DNA of 64,000 bases from Chiloscyllium plagiosum (taxonomy: Eukaryota). Under the pieces are notes generated by a model. It was given only the letters and a program-made list of their open reading frames with translations, searched no databases and was not told the origin of the DNA. Both the position numbers and the translations under genes were made by a program. Positions within the stretch are counted from its first letter, which is position 1. Each line of letters starts with the position of its first letter. Below, piece after piece: positions 1-12,390 of the stretch. Where the stretch lies: NCBI RefSeq assembly GCF_004010195.1, contig NC_057718.1:16253906-16317905 (forward strand), given 5' to 3'.

Positions 1-595
1 TGAACTCGAATGCCACTTAAACGCAGAAAACTCGAATCCCAATTAAACACAAAACGCTAATCCCACTTAAGCACAGAGAGCTTGAAGCTCTCTTAAACAC
101 AGCTCGAATCTCAGCACAGAGAGCCCGAAGCTCACTTAAGCACAGAAAGCTCGACTCTCAGCACTGTGCGGAGGACTTCAACCTCAAATCAACCCACCCA
201 GTAGACTCGAACCCCCTACCGCGCAAAAGACTCAAACCTCAACCAAACCCACACCACCCCAGGGGATTCAAACCCCAGTACTGCTCAGAGGACCAGAACC
301 TCAATCACACCTCCCCACCCCAGGGGACTCGAACCCCAGTAACGCGCAGAGGACTAGAACCTCAATCACACCCCGCCACCCAGGGGACTAGAACCCCACT
401 AACGCGCAGAGGACTGAAACCTCAATCACACCCACCCCAAGGGATTCGAACCCCAGTAACACGCAGAGGACTTGAACCTCAATCTCACTCCCCTAACCCA
501 GGGGACTTGAACCCCAGTACCATACAGAGGACTCAAACCTCAATCCTCAATCACGCTCTCGTTCCTCCCAATGCAGCGCAGAGAACTTGAACCTG
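1..595 (-). repeat. Tandem repeat leader: ~27-bp units (1-160), then ~60-bp units (161-595)
   Basis: Unit approximately GGGGACTCGAACCCC-AGTAACGCGCA-GAGGACTAGAACCTC-AATCACACCCC..., about 7 copies. Confidence 0.9.
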
Positions 596-755
596 TGCCG
601 GCCAGTGCACTTGCGGAACTCTGTCTTTCGACTGAACTGATTACCGTTCAAGAAATCTGTAGAATAAAGAGCAATTGAACAAGGGGACCATCTCCCGGCA
701 CACAAAAATATTGAGAGGGACCAAGGTTTAAAATCTTACCTTGTGGTGTGGATCC

Positions 756-773
756 ATCCGTTTTCAGACACCA
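756..773 (-). promoter_or_regulatory. Degenerate primer binding site, possibly tRNA-Leu
   Basis: + strand ATCCGTTTTCAGACACCA versus the vertebrate tRNA-Leu 3' end ATCCCACTTCTGACACCA: 14/18 by eye. Sits next to the putative LTR end. Confidence 0.4.
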
Positions 774-1324
774 AAGTTCCGGGCAGCCGCTGACACAGCC
801 CAATCGTAACAATTTGTTTGGATCCTGCCGACTGTCCTAATATTGCCATCCCGCTCCCCCCTCTCAGTCGAAGCAAAACGCTCAGAGACTCTGTGTAGTT
901 TTACCTCCTTCGTCTTTATTCCAGGCTCTGGAGGGAGAGAGAACGATCACCCATGAGTTCATGGTCTTCTCTAGAACAGCAATTTCTCAATGTATTATCG
1001 AGCTATTTTACAGGGAGGAGCAATCAGATAAGACATCATACATATTAATTAGGTGACCATTACAATCAACGAGTATCAATAGCAAAGATTAAGCCATCTG
1101 CTGTTACACAATGAATAACTGAATTCACATAATGAATACTTTTACCTTGTTAACTGATGTTACATACTGAATGCTACCACATCTTGATAAATGGTTCTAC
1201 ATAATGAATGCTTTTCCACCTTGTTAACCCATTACCCTTGCCTCCAGCACCCCATTGTTAACTGTAAGTTCTTATCTAATCTGAGTCATGCTCAACTGAA
1301 CCTCTTGTTTCACAAAACTCAGAA

Positions 1325-2735
1325 CTTAACTCTGTTTAAGAATGATGGTAAGGACAAGTCAGGGAACTATAGACCAGTGAGCCTGACATCAGTGGTGGGC
1401 AAGTTGTTGGAGGGACAGGATGTACATGAATTTGGAAAGGCAAGGACTGATTAGGGAAAGTCAACATGGCTTTGTGCGTGGGAAATCATGTCTCACTAAC
1501 TTGATTGATTTTTTTGAAGAACTAACAAAGAGGTTTGATGAGGGCAGAGGGGTAGATGTGATCTATATGGACTTCAATAAGGCGTTCGACAGGGCTCCCA
1601 TGGGAGACTGGTTAGCAAGGTTAGATCTCATGGAATACAGGGAGAACTAGCCATTTGGATACAGAACTGATTGGAAGATATAAGACAAAGGGTGGTGGTG
1701 GAGGGCTGCTTTTCAGACTGAAGGCGTGTGACCAGTGATATACCGCAGGATTGGTGCTGGGTCTCCTACTTATCGTCATGTATTTAAATGATTTGGATGT
1801 GAACATAGGGGCTATAGTTAGTAAGTTTGCGGATGACTTCAAAATTGGAGGTGTAGTGGACAGCAGAGAAAGTTAACTCAGAGTACACATTGGTTGTTGA
1901 TCAGATGGGCTGAAAAGTGGCAGAAGGAGTTTAATTTAGATAAATGTGAGGTGCTACATTTCGGAAAAGCAAATCAGAACAGGACTTTTACACTTAATGG
2001 TAATGTCCGAGGGAGTGTTGCTTAACAAAGGGACCTTGGAGTGCGTGTTCATAGTTCCTTGAAAGTGGAGTTGCATAGAGATAGGATAGTGAAGAAGGCA
2101 TTTGGTATGCTTTCCTTTATTGGTCAGAGCATTGAGTATAGGAGTTGGGAGGTCATTTTGTGACTGTACAGGACATTGGTCAGACCACCTTTGGAATATG
2201 TTGTGCAATTCTGGTCTCCTTCCTATCAGAAGGATGTTGTGAAACTAGAAAGAGCTCAGAAAAGATTTACAAGGATGTTGCCAGGGTTGGACGATTTGAG
2301 CTATAGGGAGACGCTGAATAGGCTGGGGCTGTTTTCCTTGCAGCATCAAAGGCTGACGGGTGACCTTTTTTAAAAATCGTGAGGGACATGGATAGAATAA
2401 ATAGACAAAGTATTTTCCCTCGGGTGGGGAGTCCAGAACTAGAGGGCATAGGTTTAGGATGAGAGGGGAAAGATGAAAGGGACCAAAGGGACAACCTTTC
2501 CATGCAGAGGTTGGTGCATTTATGGAATGAGCTGCCAGAGGCAGTGGTGGAAGCTGGTATTATTGCAACATTTAAAAGGCATCCTGATCGGTATATGAAT
2601 AAGAAGGGTTTAGAGAGGTATGGGCCAAATGCTGGCAAATAGGACTAGATTAGTTTAGGATATCTGGTCGGCATGGACGAGTTGGACTGAAGGGTTTGTT
2701 TCTGTGCTGTACTTCTCTATGGCTCTCTGACTCTT
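1325..2735 (+). mobile_element. CR1 LINE, 5'-truncated (RT and 3' tail), degenerate
   Basis: NYRPVSLTSVVGKLLE, QHGFVRGKSCLTNL, YMDFNKAFD, FADD and LEYVVQFWSP motifs in broken frames; CR1-type microsatellite tail. Confidence 0.93.
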
Positions 2736-2904
2736 AGAAAAGTGATGATTTTAGGAATCATATCTAAGAATCGTTGCTTCATCTTCCCTTGACAACCACC
2801 TCACATAAGTGTTGAGGATCAGTTCATAGTAAGCAACAGTGAGTTTGTTGAGCACTGCTGAAGGGCTGTTTCTCAAATTGAATTTATAATCTTAACTTTT
2901 GATA

Positions 2905-3760
2905 CAGAGAGTCATAGATCCATACAGCGCAGAAACAGACCCTTTGGTCAACCTGTCCATGCTGACCTCCATAATCCCAAACTAAACTAGTCTCACGTGC
3001 CTGCACTTGGCTCATATCCCTCCAAAGATTTCTTATTCATGTACTTATCCAAATGTCTTAATGTTGTAACTGTGTCCACATCCCTAATTTCCTCTGGACG
3101 TTCATTCCACATACAAACCACTCTCTGTGCAAAGAAGTTGCTCCTCATGTCTTTTTAAAATATTTTTCCTCTCACTTTAAAATATGCTGCCTCATCTTGA
3201 AATCCCCACCCTAGGGAAGAGGCACCTGTCTTTCACCTTATCTATGCCCCCCCATGATTTTATAAACCTCTATAAGGTCATCCTTCAACCTTCTTTGCTC
3301 CAGTAAAAATGTCTCACCTTATTCAGCAACTCCTTATAACTCAAACCCTCCATTCCTGGCAACATCCTGGTAATTCTTTTCTGTACCCTCTCCAGTTTAA
3401 TAATATCATTCGCGGAACTGGACATAGTACTCCAGAAGACGCTTCACCAACGTCATATACAAACTCAACATGATGTCCCAACTCCTATGCTCAAAGGTGG
3501 GCCCAGTGAAGACAAGTGTGTTAAATGCCTTCTAAATCACCCTATCTATTTTTGACACAAGCTATAAAGAATTATGTATCTGAACCCTGAGGTCCCTGTG
3601 TTCGACAAACTATCCAAGGCCTTACTTTTAATTGTAGAAGTCTTGTCTTTATTTTACTGAAGATGCAATATCTCACATTTATCCAAATTAAATTCCAACT
3701 GCCACTCTTCAGCCCATTGACCCAATTAATCAAGATCTTTTATAATCTTATATAACCTTT
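2905..3760 (-). mobile_element. CR1 LINE 3' fragment
   Basis: Reverse-complement similarity to the 3' part of the CR1 at 1325-2735. Confidence 0.85.
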
Positions 3761-5599
3761 TTACATGAGAAAGGTCTGTAACTTTACTCAGTAATGCTTG
3801 TTGCTGGATCATAAATTACTAATTGACAAAAGAGGGGAAATCCAGCCCATTTCTGCAAATGCAACAAAGCCTGCATTTTGCCAAGAATGACTGATAACAC
3901 CATCAGTTGCAATGTAAACTAGTTTCTTGATTGAAATGTTTTTCTCCAGCATGTACCTTTTTTGAATCCATTGTGGATATCCTCACCTCTTATTCTCTTT
4001 GAGAGGAAAAAGGGTGAGAAGGTTTTATCAGTTTTGTTGATGGATTAATCTAACTATAGTGAAAACCACTCACTGTCCCGTTGTAGTTGCTTAAAGATGT
4101 CTTCAGATAAAGATTCCATTTGACTTGCAATTATGGAAGTACCAAGTGATGTGTTCTAGATTGCTGTTGTTAGTCCTTTTTACTTAAAGTCTCTGAATAA
4201 AGCATCAGTGACCATAACCATTGTTTTATCTGTGAATAATTTCTTATGTTTTTCCAGAAGATAGCCAACAATAAATCATGCTTCAATACAGGTCTTACTT
4301 ATTGCTGCAGGTGTAGAGAAAAATGACTACTGAGTTTTAAAATAGTCTGCAATTTGTGAACTAACTTTGTCTGAAGCATACGATGCAAAGGAAAAACTGT
4401 GCTTAAATTTTCTATTCAACATGGTGTGATGTCATTTCAAATTCCTCACTTTACTTGCCAATATATTTGGGTGACTTATAAGGTGTAGCTCTTATCTTTT
4501 ACAACTATGAACAGAAATTCATTTTCCCATTCTGTGTGGAATTGTACATGTTTCTTTTTTTTAATGATCTGGATTATCATTTAATATTATTGCTTCATCC
4601 TGTAGTTCGTGACATTAATCTGCCACTGGTCTCGCTGATGGTAGGCCTCTGGAACAGTATCCCTGGAACATCCAGAACGTTGTTGACCACGTTTAAAGTG
4701 TGGATGTATGGGTGGTCATGTCTGTGATCACAGTTTGTTTCCGGAACCCCTAGTCTTGTTGCATTGCAAGTCTGCAAAGAATGAGGAAAACAATGTAACT
4801 AGCTAAGTTGCTTTTCCAGAGAGTCTGCATGGACATGATGTACTGGCTTCATATATTTTTCTTATTAATGTTTGCATTTCCACCACAAAACCTAATTTAT
4901 CCTGCACTGACATATCTGTTTTAACCAAACTGAAACACAGTGCCACAATTGGCCAAACCTGTTGCGTACACTTTTCTCTGCTATGCAACTTCCCGTAGCA
5001 GAACTCATGTAATAGCATGGTTAACATAGGTATAGCAAGGAGTCACGGGCAGTGAAATCAATTTTCAGAGACGTAGAGGGTGAGGGATCATATGTGGATG
5101 GTTAAATTGATTGTCAAAGATTCTGCAGTTAGTTAGTTGATTGCGATCTATGTGTTGGAGACCACAGATAGAACTCAGACCAGTATCAAATCAGGAAATT
5201 GATCAGAACACCATAAAGACTGACCCTGTGAACTCTGTGACTCTGGGCAAAGATGCTCAAGAGGGGAAAATCTTAAAAGACTTAGAGTAATGAGATATTG
5301 GCAAAATGTAGAATAATGATGTATGATGTCAGTGTCACATGATTATGTCGAGAGAACTGTAAGGGAGCAGAAGATTGAGTGTATGTATATCTGTTAAACT
5401 GTAAGTAGAATGTTCTTAAAGTACCTTGAACTTGAGAGCAGTACTTGGGAGACTGATTAGAGCTTTATCCCGTTCTCTCAGTAAACCAGTTTTGGGATAA
5501 AGTCTTCATTAGCTGATTTGTTGCTAAGAGCCTTCAGCCTCTAGATTTCCTATTTTGTAGTTTTCTGTTGTGTCTGATAACACTGCTTCCTTCCTATAA

Positions 5600-6480
5600 A
5601 ACCGTAAGATATAGGAACAGGAGTAGACAAATTGATTCTGCTCAGCCATTCAATGAGATCCTGGTCAATCTCATACTTCAGGTCCACTTTCCTGCCTTTT
5701 TTCTGTAGCCCTTGATTTCCTTACTGATTAAAAATCTGTCTGTCTCAGCCTTGAATGTATTTAACTACCCAAACTTGACAGCCATTTGTGATAACGAATT
5801 CCACAAGGTCACTGGCCCCTGAGAGAAGAAATTTCTCCTCATCTGTATCCGAACTGGACAGCTTCCTACTTGAGATTATGTCCTGTGGTCCCAGACTCTA
5901 CCACAAGGGAAGACAACGTTTTGACATCTACTCTGTAAAACTCATTAAGAATCTTACGCATTTCAACAAGGTAGCCTCTTATTTTTCTAAACCCCAATGA
6001 GTACAGGCACAGCCTATTCACACCATAACTGTGATTAATCTAGTCACATTCTGCAGACTGCTTCCAATGCCAGTACATTTCTCCAGAGATAAGGAGACTG
6101 AAACTGTTCACAGTATTGTAGGTGGAATCATCTTGTGCCTTTTATAGTTTCAGCAAGATCTCCTGTTTTTATTCCCAATTCCCATTGAAATAAACACTAG
6201 CATTCCATTTGCCATCTCTGTAACCTTTGAAGCCATATTTTGGTTTTCGTGACTTATGAATGAGGCACTTGCAAATCCCTTCTGCTGCAGCTTTAAACAG
6301 TCAGTTTCTCCATTTTTAATAATATTTAGCTTCTCTAAATCCTGCCAAAGTGTTTAATGTCTAATTTTCCCAACATTATATTCCATCTGCCAAGTTTTTG
6401 CTTAGTCACTTAACTTCTTCATTCCTCTGTAGATTTTGTTATCCTCACACTTTCCACCTATTTTTGTGTCATCCAATCAC
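5600..6480 (-). mobile_element. Old CR1-group LINE 3' fragment
   Basis: Tail taagatataggaacaggagtag...gccattcaatgagatc resembles the element at 60989-61627. Confidence 0.7.
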
Positions 6481-7319
6481 TTCTGTACAGTTAAGTGCAT
6501 TAGAAGCAAAGGTAGAGAAGAAAAAATAAAAACAAGTGTTACCAGCTACAAGGCGCGCTATGACTTGGGCACAGAAAGAAAGAACCATCCAGAAGGTCAG
6601 ACATTATATGCAAGTTCAGCCAGAATAAAAATAATGCTGTTAGATCAGCAATCTCTGGAAAGTAAGGACTGGGGGACAAGTTCTGAATGGCTTAAGAGAA
6701 AACATCCAGAAGCGGAAAACCATTGAAAGCTGAGGTCTGGGAAACCCATATGTTTGCTCTGAACGAATGCCTTCAAATGAGCAAGAAAAAAGCTCCAGGA
6801 ACCAATTTCAGCTGTGCTAACTGAACAAAGAAACTTAAAATGTTAACTGGGTGGCCCTGCACTCAAGTACAAGTATCTGAAAGATTATTAAGGGTAAAAG
6901 GGTTGAATCTTTATTTCTGATATTTGTAATAAGACAGTTTTGTCTTGTTTTTGTGTAGTTGAATTTTTTTTTTCTTTTGTGTATTATAAACTTCTTTTGT
7001 TAAAAGTATACCAAAGCCTCTTGTGAGTATGTTCAGTGCCTAACTGACACTGGCTGAGAAATAGCAAAAATAACTCTGGCATCTAACCATGAACTGGAAT
7101 CTTAACATGTTTCATGTAAAGTTTAAAAATTCAAAATGTTTACATAATTTACAGTAAAATAATATTTAGCCATTCAGTTGGCAGTATATGTTTTTATACT
7201 TTCAGAATTAAAACAAAAATCTATTTGAAATGTTCAGCTTCTGTGAAAACCTTGGTTTCAATTTTTATTTGCTATTCCAATCATTGGGAGTGCATAATTG
7301 GGAATACGAGGATAAAATA

Positions 7320-7930
7320 ATGAAACATAGAAGGTAGGAGCAGATGTAATCTATTGGGCCAATCAAGACTGCTCCAGTTCTCCCCCATATCCCTTTACAT
7401 GTTTAATACCGATATATGTACTTATCTCTTAAACTTCTTCAGTGACTTGGCTTCCACAACCATCTATGGTAGAGAATTCAACAGGTTCATCATTCTAAGT
7501 AAAGCAATTTCTCTCCACCTTAGTCTGAAATGGCCTATCCTCAGACTGTCACCCCTTATTCTGGACCTCATGTCTTGGGGAAATATAAACTGTACCTAGT
7601 CTCTCCAAGCATATCAGAAATTTATATGCTTCAACTAGACCCCCACTCCCCATTCTTGTAAATACTGGCCCAGTCAGCCTGCTCTCTCCCCATACCACAA
7701 ACCTACCAACCTAGGAATCAGTTTGGTGAACCTTTGCTGCACTCCATTTGTATCGAGTGTATTTTTTCGATAAGCAGATCAAACTGCACAGATTACTTCT
7801 TATGTAGTCTCACTTAAGACCCTGTACAGTTTTTGTCAGACTTCTAGGCTTATGTACTCAAACCCTCTTGACATGAAGACCATGACCGTGAAGCCATTTG
7901 CCCTACTGGCATACAAACTTCCTTACTGTT
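7320..7930 (-). mobile_element. Old CR1-group LINE 3' fragment
   Basis: aacatagaag...gagcagatgta tail and degenerate RT C-terminus on the - strand. Confidence 0.65.
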
Positions 7931-8042
7931 ACTGTCTCTGGCTAAATTGTTATGACCATTATTTCCATCGTAGTGACCACTTCACTTACAGACTCGATTG
8001 CAAATTGTCTTAAAGTAAGGATATCTTAATCAATTTGTCCCA

Positions 8043-8140
8043 CTAGCTACCTGACGAAGGAGCAGCGCTCCAAATACTTGTACTTCCAAATAAATCTGGA
8101 CTGTTGGACTATAACCTGGTGTGGTGTGATTTTTAACTTC
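8043..8140 (+). mobile_element. Single arm of a Penelope-derived non-autonomous repeat with a degenerate hammerhead
   Basis: Homologous to 27686-27772. CTGACGA-AGGAGCAGCGCTCC is present but GAAA is mutated. Confidence 0.75.
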
Positions 8141-8379
8141 ATCAATTTGGATAGTTCTGTTCTCCTGGGATTTGGCCTGCAACAAATTATTGAGGTAGTG
8201 GATAGAATGCACTGATGAAATATGAACAGTATTGTGTTATAGTTTGATTATACACTTTCATAATGTACTAGAAGTCATAAGATTGCTACAAAGCGTTGGA
8301 AGAAAATGGATGCCTGGTAAAAAGAGGATATTAGAAGGCATGATTTTTAAAGAGTGTTGTGATACTTATTAGGGATTTA

Positions 8380-8535
8380 GATAGATTAGATTTCCTACAG
8401 TGTGGAAACAAGCCCTTTGGCCCAACCAGTCCACACCGACCCTCCGAAGAGCAATCCACTTCCCTCCAACTAATGTACCTAACATTATGGGCAATTTAAC
8501 ATGGCCAATTCACTTGACCTGCACATCTTTGGAGT
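8380..8535 (-). mobile_element. HE1-like V-SINE fragment
   Basis: Reverse complement of the SINE at 37404-37745 (ggccaattcac...cctgcacatctttgga). Confidence 0.8.
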
Positions 8536-9127
8536 TCCCAAGCATGGAGCCTTAGTAAATTAATCTAATAGTTGGATGAAGAAGCATGGGTGCTGTCAAG
8601 GCTAGCATCATAAAAGTAGAGACTTGTGGAGGTGGTGAGATTTTTTTAATGATAGTTCCAGTTAATCTTGTTTGGTTTTGAATATGTCAGAGGATTATGT
8701 ACTGTATGTCTTTTTTATGAACTTCAAATATTTGCTTTTTCTTGAAAACTAGAAAATATTGAAATATCACCTATCACTATGTCCTCCTTTAATTGAAAAC
8801 AAAATACATTTTATTTGATTATTAGTTTTCTATCAATAGACTGAGAAGTATTCGCTAGTCCTGAGTTTTGGTTTCTGCATGAAGTAAATCCATTACTTGT
8901 CATCAGTAATAATTAGCTAGTAAGTATGGTTGTCAACCTAAGAAATTCCATGTGTGCTGTGGGTCCTTACATGGTCGATAAGCTCAATCCTAGAGCCACA
9001 TCTCTAACCACACATGGCAGGTGTTTCCTGGAGATGGACTATATCATTGGCCTTGAGTTTGCTGACATTGCTTTCTCAGGTTCCTTTTCCATACTTCCTG
9101 TTACCCATGGGTGTTCTCAAAGAATTA

Positions 9128-9375
9128 TAGATTAGATTACCTACAGTGTGGAAACAGGCCCTTCAGCCCAACAAGTCCACACTGACCCGCCGAAGCGAAA
9201 CCCACCTAGACCCATTCCCAGACATTTACTCCTTCACCTAACACTACGGGCAATTTAGCATGGCCAATTCACCTAACCTGCACATTTTTGGACTGTGGGA
9301 GGAAACCGGAGCACCCGGAGGAAACCCACGCAAACACGGGGAGAATGTGCAAACTCCACACAGTCAGTCGCCTGA
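9128..9375 (-). mobile_element. HE1-like V-SINE (5'-truncated)
   Basis: V-domain ggaaaccggagcacccggaggaaacccacgc with a tagattagatt tail. Confidence 0.85.
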
Positions 9376-10199
9376 ATTGTGTCCCTTCCTGCAAAACGTT
9401 CCTTCAAGTTTGTTTTTCCTGAGTGAGGGTCTCCCAGGCATTGACATCTACATTGTATTGCTTTAAGTAAGCCTTCAAGGAGTCTTTGAAATGCTTCCTT
9501 TGGTTCTCTGCCCATTAACGTGCCTTCCTTGACCTGGTTGAAAATGATTTGCTTGACAATGAGAACTCAGGCATCCCAAGTGCATGCCTGGCACAATAGA
9601 ATTGGTTTTGGATGATAGTGGACTTGATACTGGTGCTACCGGCTTCTTCAAGGATGCTGATGTTAGTAAACCTGTCCTAGCTGATGCAGAGAATCCATCT
9701 CAAACAGTGTTGATGGTACTTCTCCCGAGCCTTGAGGTGGTGTCTGTAGGTAGTCCAAGTTTTGGAGTCGTTGGGAAAAGTTGGAAGGACAACTATCTTT
9801 GTAACTTAATGATACTTGGTATGTGTACAAATGCTGTGGCTATCAAAGACTCTCATCCTTAGACGTCCATAGGTGGTGCTCATGAATTGGATGCAATGTT
9901 AGATCTCTGTATTAGTCTCAGCCCAAGTCGAGGAAATGCTTCATATTTGGGAGGATTTCTTTGTTAATTTTAGAGGGATGGACTGGACCTTGCCCTGGTA
10001 TGGGTTTTTAAAGGACTTAGGTATTTTTGATGTTGAGGCAGAGATAAATTCTTTGGTATACTTCTGTGAAGGTATTAAGTGAGGCTTGAAGTTCCTCTTC
10101 AGCAAGAGCAGCGATGACATTGTCATCCACAAACTGAAGTTTCACAAGTGATATCAGTTTCGTTTTCTTCTTGTATTTCAATTTCACGAATGCTTGTTC

Positions 10200-10935
10200 T
10201 AAGTCTGTTTCTAAATGGGGGAAGGCTTCAGAAATCTGCAGCACAAAAAGATTTGGGAATCCTAGCTCAGGATTCTCTTAAGGTTAATATGCAAATTCAG
10301 TTGGTCATTAAGAAGGCAAATGCAATGTTAGCATTCAATTCAAGAGGGCTGGATTATAGGTGCAGGGGTCTACAGCTGTAGCTGTATAAGGTCAGGTCAC
10401 ACTGCATTTGGAATATTGTGAGCAGTTTTGGGTCCTCTATCTGAGGAAGGGTGTGCTGGTCTTGGAGGGTCCAGAGTAGGTTTATAACAATGATCCTGGG
10501 AATGAACGGCTTGTCTTAGGTCGAGGACTCTGGGGTTGTATTTGATGGAGTTTAGGAGGATATGGGGGGAATTTGATTTAAAATTAGAGAATAACAAGAG
10601 GCCTGAATAGAATGGATGTGGAGAAGATGTTTCCACTGGTAGGAACGACAAGGACCTCAGGGTACAACCTCAGAATGAAGGGATGACCCCTTTGTATGAG
10701 GTGGAATTTCTCCAGCCAGAGAGTGGTGATCTGTGGCACTCATTGCCAGAGATGTCTGTAGAGGTCAAATCACAGAGTGAATTTAAGACAGAGATTGGTA
10801 CAATCTTGATTAGGAAGGGGATTGAACGTTACCGGGGAGAAGTCAGGAGGCTGGAGTTGAGAAACAAAATGGTCATGATCGATTAGCAGAAGCAGACTCG
10901 ATGGGCTGAATGGCCTAATTCTGACCCTGTATATA
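10200..10935 (+). mobile_element. CR1-group LINE 3' fragment inserted in the RTE
   Basis: QKDLGILAQDSLKVNMQIQLVIKKANAMLAF; tail atgggctgaatggcctaattctg. Confidence 0.85.
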
Positions 10936-10939
10936 TGGA

Positions 10940-11285
10940 GGGAGTGCAGCCTAGTGAAATTATCGTTGGACTGTTAATCAAGAGACCAGATTATGTTCTG
11001 AGAACCTGGTTTTGAATCCTGTCACAACAGCTGGTGGAATTTGAATTCAATAAAAATCTGGAATTAAGAGTCTATTGATGACCTTGAATCCATTTTTGAT
11101 TGTCAGAAAACCCATCAGGTTCACAAATATCCTTTAGGTAATGAAACTGCCATCCTTATCTAGGCCTATATGTCACTCCAAACCTACAGCAATGTGGTTG
11201 ACTTTTAACTGCTCTCTTGGCAGTTAGGGATAGGCAATAAATGTTGGCTGACAATACCCTCATCCCGTGAATGAATTAAAAGAAA
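10940..11285 (+). mobile_element. tRNA-derived SINE with an L2-type tail (SacSINE1/DeuSINE-like)
   Basis: Degenerate B-box (ggttttgaatcc) and tail gggataggcaataaatg...catcccgtgaatgaat. Related copies at 40135-40440 and 46740-47290. Confidence 0.6.
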
Positions 11286-11969
11286 AGGTTATCTAACCTT
11301 GTTTTTATCAAATGGGTGGTGACGATGAAGATGGAGAAAAGCATGGGGGCAATGTCACATCACTCCTTGACCCTAAAAGATTCTGTCATGTTGCTAACGG
11401 TGAGGACCATCACTGACACCAGGTTGTGGAAGAGATAGAGGATGTTGATGAGTTTCTCTGGAAAGTCAGCCTTTACCACGGTCCCTCGCAATTCACAATT
11501 GACTGAGTCAGAAGCGTTGGTCAGATCTAAGAAAGCAATGTAGAGTAGTTACTGTTCCTGAGATTTCTCCTAGAGTTGATGAGCAGTGAAAATCATGGTT
11601 GTAGGTTTGTTCACTGAGCTGGAAGGTTCACTTTCAGATGTTTCGTCACCATACTAGGTAACATCATTAGTGAGTCTCTCGATGAAGCACTGGTGGTATG
11701 GTCTGATTTTTATTTATGTGTTTAGGTTTCCTTGGGTTGGTGATGTCATTTCTTGCGGTGATGTCATTTTAAAATTCTTTTTCTCAGGGCGTGGTAAATG
11801 GAATCCAAGTCAATATGTTTGTTGATAGAGTTCCAGTTGGAATGCCATGCTTCTAAGAATTCTCGCGCATGTTTCTGTTTGGATTGTTCCAGGATGGATG
11901 TGTTGTCCCAGTCGAAGGGGTATACTTTCTCATCTGCATGTAAAGATACTCATGAGAGTGGGTCATTGT

Positions 11970-12209
11970 TTTTGTGGCTAATTGATGTTCATGTATCCTG
12001 GTGGCTAGTTTTCTGCCTGTTTGTATAATATAGTGTTTGTTACAGTTCTTGCAAGGTATTTTGTAAATGACATAAGTTTTGCTTGTCGCCTTTTGTGGCT
12101 AATTGATGTTCATGTATCCTGGTGGCTAGTTTTCTGCCTGTTTGTATAATAGTGTTTGTTACAGTTCTTGCAAGGTATTTTGTAAATGACATAAGTTTTG
12201 CTTGTCGCC
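11970..12209. repeat. ~120-bp direct tandem duplication in the left Penelope arm
   Basis: 11970-12090 and 12091-12209 are identical apart from a 2-nt indel. Confidence 0.92.
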
Positions 12210-12335
12210 TGTATAGAGTCTTTCAAGTTCATTAGCTGCTGTTTCAGTGTATTGGTGGGTTTGTGGGCGACCGTGATGCCAAGAGGTCTGAGTAATCTGG
12301 CAATCATTTCCGAGATGTCTTTGATGTAGGGGAGA

Positions 12336-12390
12336 GGGTTAGGGTTAGGTTTAGGGTTACGTGCGATAGGGTTAGGTTTAACCCTGGGTT
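12336..12390 (+). repeat. Short degenerate interstitial telomeric (TTAGGG) tract
   Basis: GGGTTAGGGTTAGGTTTAGGGTTACGTGCGATAGGGTTAGGTTTAACCCTGGGTT. Confidence 0.75.

Larger units (their letters stand above)
1..1314 (-). mobile_element. 5' end of an ERV/LTR retroelement (LTR, degenerate PBS, leader); the rest lies upstream of the window
   Basis: Order on the - strand: putative LTR ~1314->775 with AATAAA (915-920); TGG-initiated PBS-like 18-mer at 756-773; splice donor AG|GTAAG at 735-741; tandem-repeat leader at 1-600. Same layout as the ERV at 15181-25099. Confidence 0.6.

Noticed and set aside
161..595. Possible tRNA gene cluster or CRISPR-like array
   Set aside because: Only T-arm-like hairpins are present, with no acceptor, D or anticodon arms. 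The inter-repeat sequence is itself repeated rather than unique spacers, and the context is eukaryotic.
4536..5027. Short ORFs as host exons
   Set aside because: No recognisable protein motif and no AKT similarity.
5112..5582. Possible solo LTR (TG...CA)
   Set aside because: No TSD or second copy found, so it cannot be supported.
6480..7107. Possible LTR fragment
   Set aside because: LTR-like composition, but no definable termini or TSD.
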